Shown here: positions 56,520-64,000 of the stretch, piece after piece | Numbering within the stretch: position 1 is the first letter of the stretch | Layout of the letters: every line of letters starts with the position of its first letter | Assembly (NCBI GenBank): GCA_964016885.1 | Contig: OZ024749.1 | Span: 52,266,001-52,330,000, forward strand | Source: Eledone cirrhosa | Lineage: Eukaryota | Reading direction: 5' to 3' | DNA: 64,000 nucleotides | Translations under genes and position numbers: made by a program | Notes under the pieces: model-generated | The model's input: only the letters and a program-made list of their open reading frames with translations | What the model was told of the DNA's origin: nothing | Databases searched by the model: none

Positions 56520-56802
56520 TGACTTCATCAACCTAACTCACTTTCTTTGCTCTCGTCGGGTCTGGCCCCCTCGATCACTTATTTATATTTATATTAAGCG
56601 AAATTGTTTACTATTAATACTTTAAAATGTGCAATTTATTTGTCATCTGTCTGTTGTATGTTTGAAAAGTTTTGTCTCTCATTGATGTTTATTTTATCAG
56701 GATACGGCAATTTTAGACAACTAATGAATATTTATCTAGTGTGTATATATTATTATTGACAGACATAACTTTTATAGCTGAGATAAGTTTATTACAATGT
56801 TC

Positions 56803-56849
<47 letters not shown>

Positions 56850-56970
56850 CGAAGGAGTGTGGTAACGAACCAGGTGGACCATAACGTACCAGAGTACTCA
56901 ATACTTTGGGTAGTAGAGTGGGTAATAGGAAAATGTTCAAGACCCCGACGGCAGAGCTCAAGCCGTTTCG

Positions 56971-57006
<36 letters not shown>

Positions 57007-58183
57007 GTCAGCTGTCATATCTTAATATTGTATCATATATGGCAGCCATCCCACACTAAAGCTTTCCTCACATCACATCCATCACTGAATTCTCTTTATT
57101 CATTATATTCGCTCAAATGTTTTAAACAGATTCCACTCTACAGATGGTGTAATGTTCTCTGTTATAATTAAACACTATCTAATCAGTGCCAAGATCTCCA
57201 TGTCCTACTACTCCACTTTAACTTTAACTCAGTCCCACATGGTGTACACTACAACAGCGCCATCTTAACTGTCCCACAATGCAACTTTTACAGCTTGACG
57301 TCACTTTTTATAGCATTTGTGTTGCTAAGTGGCACAGACAGGTTCTCTCTGATTCATTCAATTACACACTTAACTTCTTCTTTTTACATTCTATTGTACT
57401 ATACTGTAGTACTGTTTGCTATCAACACACACTACCACCGCCTTTATTCTACTACTAATAACTTCCTGAACTTTAACCTTTTTACTACTGTTACATATGC
57501 TATGTATATATGTATATGCTGTCTAATTAGTATATATATGTCATCATCGCCGTTTATATATATATATATATACATAATAATAAGGGTTGACGGACCCAGC
57601 ATATATATATATATATGTAGATTATGTGTTTAAAACATTCAAACAGTAACTGATTGAGCACTCAATACGTATGGATGGAGTGTGAATTTTATTTACTAAA
57701 TAGAAAGTGGCCTCCCCATCATATATATATATATATCATATCATATCATCAACATATAACATCCATCTTCCACGCTACATGGGTAGGACCACATATATAT
57801 AAATATATGCATACATATATTATGCATGTACAGTGGACATGTGTATATTTTTAAGGCCTTTGCAGCTTGGTTTGCTACGAGGGCCCCTCAAGGATTAGAG
57901 ATCTGAACGTTAAACTTGACTGTCTTCTCACGGTAGATCTGCTACTTGATGTACATAGGTACATATATACATGTGTGTATATATAATCTGTATGTAGATA
58001 CATATATACATGTGTGTATATATAATCTGTATGTAGATACATGTGTGTATATGTAATGGGTACGTAGTTACAAGTGTATGTGTGTGAATAATGCTTAATG
58101 CTTACATAGGTACACACATTCGTGTATAATGTGCATATAGGTACATATATGCATGTGTATATATAAAATGAGTACTTAGGTCT

Positions 58184-58221
<38 letters not shown>

Positions 58222-58357
58222 CCAAAATTAAATTAAGGGTGTCATGTCAGAGAAACATGCGCCATGTAGAATATGCTTACACACTTTTACAAATTATTCC
58301 ATGTGATTGTTTCATATGTTTATTTTAGATATATATATATATCAATCAATTTCTAGT

Positions 58358-58396
<39 letters not shown>

Positions 58397-58565
58397 CATA
58401 TACACACACACAAGTGTGTGTGTATAATTGGAGTTAATTCTTCATTAAATTTGTTTTATAGCTAAGGAGTGTCTGTTTTGTTAGTCATCTTAAAAATTTA
58501 CTAAGAAGAGCGATATATTTTATTTTCTAAAAGTATAATTTTATAAGTACCTAAGTAGCTAGCAG

Positions 58566-58616
<51 letters not shown>

Positions 58617-58721
58617 TGTATATACACACACATACACACACTATAATAGCTAGTAATGTATTTGCTGAGTAGCATTGACACTTGTAGCTGCAAGACATGT
58701 GTCTTGAACAACAAATATACA

Positions 58722-58910
58722 TTGGTGAATTGGCAGTATCGGTAGAGGGCCGGACGCCTTGCTTTTGACGCATAGAGTTACGGCCCTTGCCATTCTGAGT
58801 TCAAATCCCGCCGAGGTTAACTTTGCCTTTCATCCTTACGGGGTCGATAAAATAAAGTACCAGTAATGTACTGGGTAATTGCTGGCCTTGTGCCAATAGT
58901 AGAAACAATT
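58722..58910 (+). mobile_element. tRNA-derived SINE copy
   Basis: Near-identical to 12320-12545. Confidence 0.85.
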
Positions 58911-59779
58911 ATATATATATATAGACAGTTTAATATCGTGTATAAAGAGTTTATAAAGTCTCTAATAGTGGGATGTCAACTGAAATATGTTTTTTTTTAA
59001 AGTGTTATCAATGTGATAAAACAGTATGTGTGTGTGTGTGTGTATCATTGATATTAGATATCATAGGAAGAAAATGAAAGCATCTGGTCGGATTTAGTAT
59101 TAAATAAATGGAAAGTGTTAAATAAATCTGTTGAATCAGACCAGATATTTCCTTTACAAGAAATCTTATGTCAATGGTACCCCGCTACCCCCAAATTGTC
59201 CTAGATTGGTGTGTTCCACTTGTTCAATCAATGGAACTCGTTAAATTAACTTGTAAATAATGAACTGAGTATTTCCAATATACATATGTACTCTTAAAAT
59301 AATTCTCAGGGAGATTCGGCGTGACATTATGTGTGACAAGGTTGGCCTTTTGAATTACAGGTATATTCCATCCGATGGGTTTCGAATCATTTTCGCCTAC
59401 CCAATTTCACTGGTAGGGGTTGGGCTAAAAAATAAGAAGATATTTGTGCAATATGTTGCGTGGGGGTAATCGAATTCGGAATTGTTAATCATTTGCCCAT
59501 CCTGTATCTAATTCTAATAACTGTCATAAAAAATATTGGAAATCCGTAATGACTAATAACAGTTAAAAGAGAGAGAGAAATATATTTTAAAGTATTTCTC
59601 CTGGTAGAAGATTTTTAATGTTCCTGTTAGTCATATGTAAACTAACTATGACTGCTGGTGGTGGTGTATCACACATAATCAGATATCTCTAGCTTTACTT
59701 CTACCAGGGTAGGTGTTCCATCACCATTGTTCTGTCATGTTGCTATGTAAACAAACATATCACGTGTACACAACTACGA

Positions 59780-59840
<61 letters not shown>

Positions 59841-60177
59841 TGTGTGGGTGTGTGTGTGTCATTTGTTTTGTTACGATATCCAGCTGAAAACCAGTTCAGT
59901 GGATCCTTAACCATATTTCTGGGGCTTCATGTCCCCACCCACCACGACAATTTAAAAAAAACGTTGATGCTATCCACTCTACTAATATATATATATATAT
60001 ATAATTATATATATATATATAATGCTAGAGGGAGTAGCATCAAGGTTTATATATATATAATTATATATATATATATATATAATGCTAGAGGGAGTAGCAT
60101 CAACGTTTATATATATATAATTATATATATATATATATAATTATATATATATATATATAATTATATATATATATATA

Positions 60178-60212
<35 letters not shown>

Positions 60213-61676
60213 CATGCTTGATGTTTAAAAAGATATAATGTCAAATTTAGAAACATCGGTCCCTCCTCCCCCTCCGCCATGACGACACAGTAAAACAAGT
60301 TGTTGCGACCACCTCAATGTGCAACATGTTTGGTGTTTAAAAAAGACATAATGTCATGCCGCCGTGTGTGTGCCCTCCCCCTCTACGTTCAAACCCCCAC
60401 TAAACCAGCTTGTTTTTGTCGTCTGTAAATGTCACTGTTTGAAAGTACATTGCCTGAGTTAAACAACCCTAAGTATTCCTTCCATATTTGTGATAGTCGT
60501 ATGTTTAGCAGTGAAGCTATGTTTGTTTCAGCAGTAATTACACACGGTTTTATATAAACACCAGTGGTTTGCGGACGACTTATACTTATATGGCCATAAC
60601 TACTGTTGTTGTCGTATGGTCAGATATTTACACAACTTGTCATATCTTATATTATAATTCCATTCACATCTTGTAATGGAGAAATATCTGCTGTACTGTA
60701 CAGATAGATTTTTTATAAACTTTCCCCCTTCCCTGCCCCCAAATTGTTGGGCCTTTGTCTAAATTAGAAACCATTAATTATATTAATATAAATTAACTCC
60801 CAGTTGATAAGTGGTACTTTATTTTATCAACCCTGGAAGAATGAAAGACAAATGTTAACTTGGTTGGGGTTTCGACTGAGAAATGTATGGGACGGGAGCC
60901 AGGGATTCTTGCCGACGACTCTGTGACAATTAAAGTAATACACCACTGGAATAAAATATATATAACTGAAACATCTTAACCATAGATTGAGGAGATTGAT
61001 TATTTATGAATGAGTGTTATGACGTAATGTAGTACATATGTACCCGTGTTAATAGACGGATATGGAAAAGGGGGTCGCTCCAGCTTTATAGAAAAACCCC
61101 CTTTCTGTAAGTGTGTCAGGCATTCAACGTGACTACCAGGGCATCTTGTGTTTGATATATATATGTAGATGGATTAAAATAGAAACTAAAACATTCCCAC
61201 AAATGAATATAATCCGAACACAAAGTGACGCCTGCAGCTAGTCCCACTTGTTCAGCTTATGTTGTCACGACATTTCGTAACCAAACTATGTAAATTATGT
61301 CTGTGAAACCTCATATTTTACTAAGTCGCAGTCACACGGTAACATGGCCATAAATAAATGCAGGTATGGTCCTAGTTGAGGGTTCTATTGAAGTGAAAGT
61401 GAAATTTCAAGATGAATAATCGAAAACTGAAACGTAAACAGAAATAACGGAACGAAAATTGTTACAGCCGCTGTAAAATGTAATAGAATATATATATATA
61501 TGTATGTGTAGCTCCCGAGTGAAATTGGGGGTAACTACAGTAAATAAGGTTCTCAATAGATAAGTAGAATGAGAACAACGAAATTTAATATAGAAATGGC
61601 TTCTACAGGACTAGAACTGTTTCATTCGTATGAAATCGATACATGAATGAAACAGCTCTAGTCTATATTAATTTCG

Positions 61677-61714
<38 letters not shown>

Positions 61715-62255
61715 GGTGGTAGTTCTAGTGCTGCCATGATAAAAAAAGTACCCAGTCTACCCTGTAATGGTGGTACTGTTGGTGCCATGATAAAAAAAAC
61801 ACCTACCCCACCCTGTAATGGTGATAGCACTAGTGCCATGATAAAAAACACTCACTCCACCCTATAATTGTTTCTACTTTGGGCACAAGGCCAGCAATTA
61901 CCCAGTGCATTACTGGTACTTTATTTTATCGACCCCGTAAGGATGAAAGGCAAAGTTAACCTCGTCGGGATTTGAACTCAGAATCGCAATGGCCGTACTC
62001 CGCCCTATAATGGTGATAGTACTGGTGCCATGATAAAAAACACTCAGTTCACCCTGTGATGGTGATAGTGCTGGTGCCATGATAAAAAAAACACCCTGTG
62101 AACCCTGTATATATATATATATTGAGACTTTTCTATTCTAGGTTTAGTTTCCACCTGTGGAACTTCTGTAAAATTCTCTGAACATTTGACTATAAGTACG
62201 AGATCATTGATATTGGAGCTTCCATGGACAGCAGGCCATAAACATACATTTACAC

Positions 62256-62297
<42 letters not shown>

Positions 62298-62498
62298 AAA
62301 GAATAGAGGTAGCAAACAGCACGGACACTCTGTCTCAAAATTATTTTTGAAAAGCATTTAGAAATGCGCAACCGGTAAAAACTTAAAAGCTTAAAACCAC
62401 AACTGAATACTAACCCATACAATCACTAATACTCTTTTATTCCTAATTAAACCATTTTTCAACTGTGAACAATTTGTCAGCATTTTCTATTCCGTTTA

Positions 62499-62554
<56 letters not shown>

Positions 62555-64000
62555 CATGATCATCATCACCATTTAAATAGTTCTCAGTTCAAATCCTGCC
62601 GAGGTTAACTTTGCCTTTCCTCCTTAAGGGGTCGATAAAGTAAAGTACCAGTAATGCACTGAGGTCGATTTAATCAACTTTCCCCTCTCCCTAAATTGCT
62701 GGCCTTGTAGAAATCATTATTATTATTATTATCATCATTATTATGTCTTTGATATAGCAATTAGAATTAAAGTTGTTTCTCTTAGTAATAAGACATTTTC
62801 AACTATTTTGAAAGAGCAATTAAGATACTAAATCTCGTGAAAGCTCTTCCTTTGTTCTAAAATCTTGTTTCCTTTTCAACATGAAAACTTTTTCTAGAGT
62901 TTCTATGACTAAGTCTTGTATATTTTCTAAGTAGGTTAGTTTGAAAAGGCTCTTGTATGTTATATTAAAATCCTTTATCAATGTGAGGAGGAAACTCTAG
63001 CACTGTTTCTCTGTTAGTTGACAAACTCTTCAGTCAGTCTTTGCCGGTATTTCACAAAAACTGTTGTTGGTTTGTTCTTATATTCTTACTTAAACAGAAA
63101 AAAAGAAACAAACTTTCCTCACATAAGAGTATGTTTTCAAAATTTCTTGAATGTTCCAGCTAGAAGCTACATCATCATCATCATTGTTTAGCATCTGTTA
63201 TCCCTGCTAGCAAGGGTTGTATGTGTTGTCACTGACTGGTCAGCATTCAAGCGGAACCACTAACTTCCAGGTGGACTGGGGGTTGGGGAGTACTTCTGAC
63301 ATATGATTTCATGCTCTACTGAGTACATTTTATAATGGCACCAACATTAGGGAAGTTTTCATGTCTTTGATACGGCTGGAGAATCCTCCTGACCCTGCCT
63401 GCAGGTTTTTATGGTTGGATGCCCTTCCTATCACCAACCGTTTTACAGAGTGTACTGGGTGCATTTATCATATAGGTCACCATTATGTTAGATATTCTTC
63501 TCAACAAGGCAGAAAGAATTTACAAATAGTTTGAATAATTCATTGTGGAATTTAAAATGGTAAAATTCCAAACTACATTTTCCAATAGATCCTTATTAAC
63601 AGTTCCTAACTGTTATTCTATGTTAGTTCAATCCCTAAACTGGTTGTTAGTTAGTTCTAGTTTGATTACTGAAGGTAAAACCTTGTATATCTCTTGTTGT
63701 AAATTTAGATCCAACAGCATTCACTGTGTGGTTACAACAGACAAGAAACCTCTGTTTTACTCTTTAGAATTTAAACCGGCCATATCTGGCCAGAATTATC
63801 TCACCTTTTTCTGTTCAAACTGGCCCAAACCAGCCACTCATACCGACTTTAAGGAATTGTTCTCAAAATAAATAATATCAAAATCTAATAGATTCGATAT
63901 TATGTGAAGTAAAGTCTTTAACATGAAAATAAAATAGTAAATATAGAGTAATGTAAATGTTAAAGGGTTAACCTTTTCATTACCATATTTCTAATGAAAG

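Overview
AT-rich, microsatellite- and retroelement-dense eukaryotic DNA; the repeat content resembles a cephalopod (Octopus-like) genome, which is an inference only. Two genes are supported. (1) A + strand 7TM receptor of the cAMP-receptor-like/GCR1 (Dicty_CAR) family that the ORF track misses. I assembled it by hand from 10 small, phase-consistent GT-AG exons between 10098 and 40084 (258 aa, ECL1/TM3 to stop); the N-terminal exons were not found and probably lie upstream of the window. (2) A Rap2-like small GTPase with an intronless CDS (55965-56507) and a splice donor 6 nt after the stop. The rest is tRNA-derived SINEs, RTE/CR1 LINE ends, TTAA-flanked MITEs and many minisatellites, several seeded from TE or exon sequence. 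The most striking unexplained structure is about 8 sequence-distinct type I hammerhead ribozyme motifs (CUGAUGA...GAAA...UH, complete or partial), usually beside (TA)n and mostly embedded in inverted duplications. These include a perfect 201-bp palindrome carrying a hammerhead on both strands and two sense-strand hammerheads inside the receptor's introns. This fits Penelope-like element termini. Almost all other ORFs in the track are simple-repeat artefacts.
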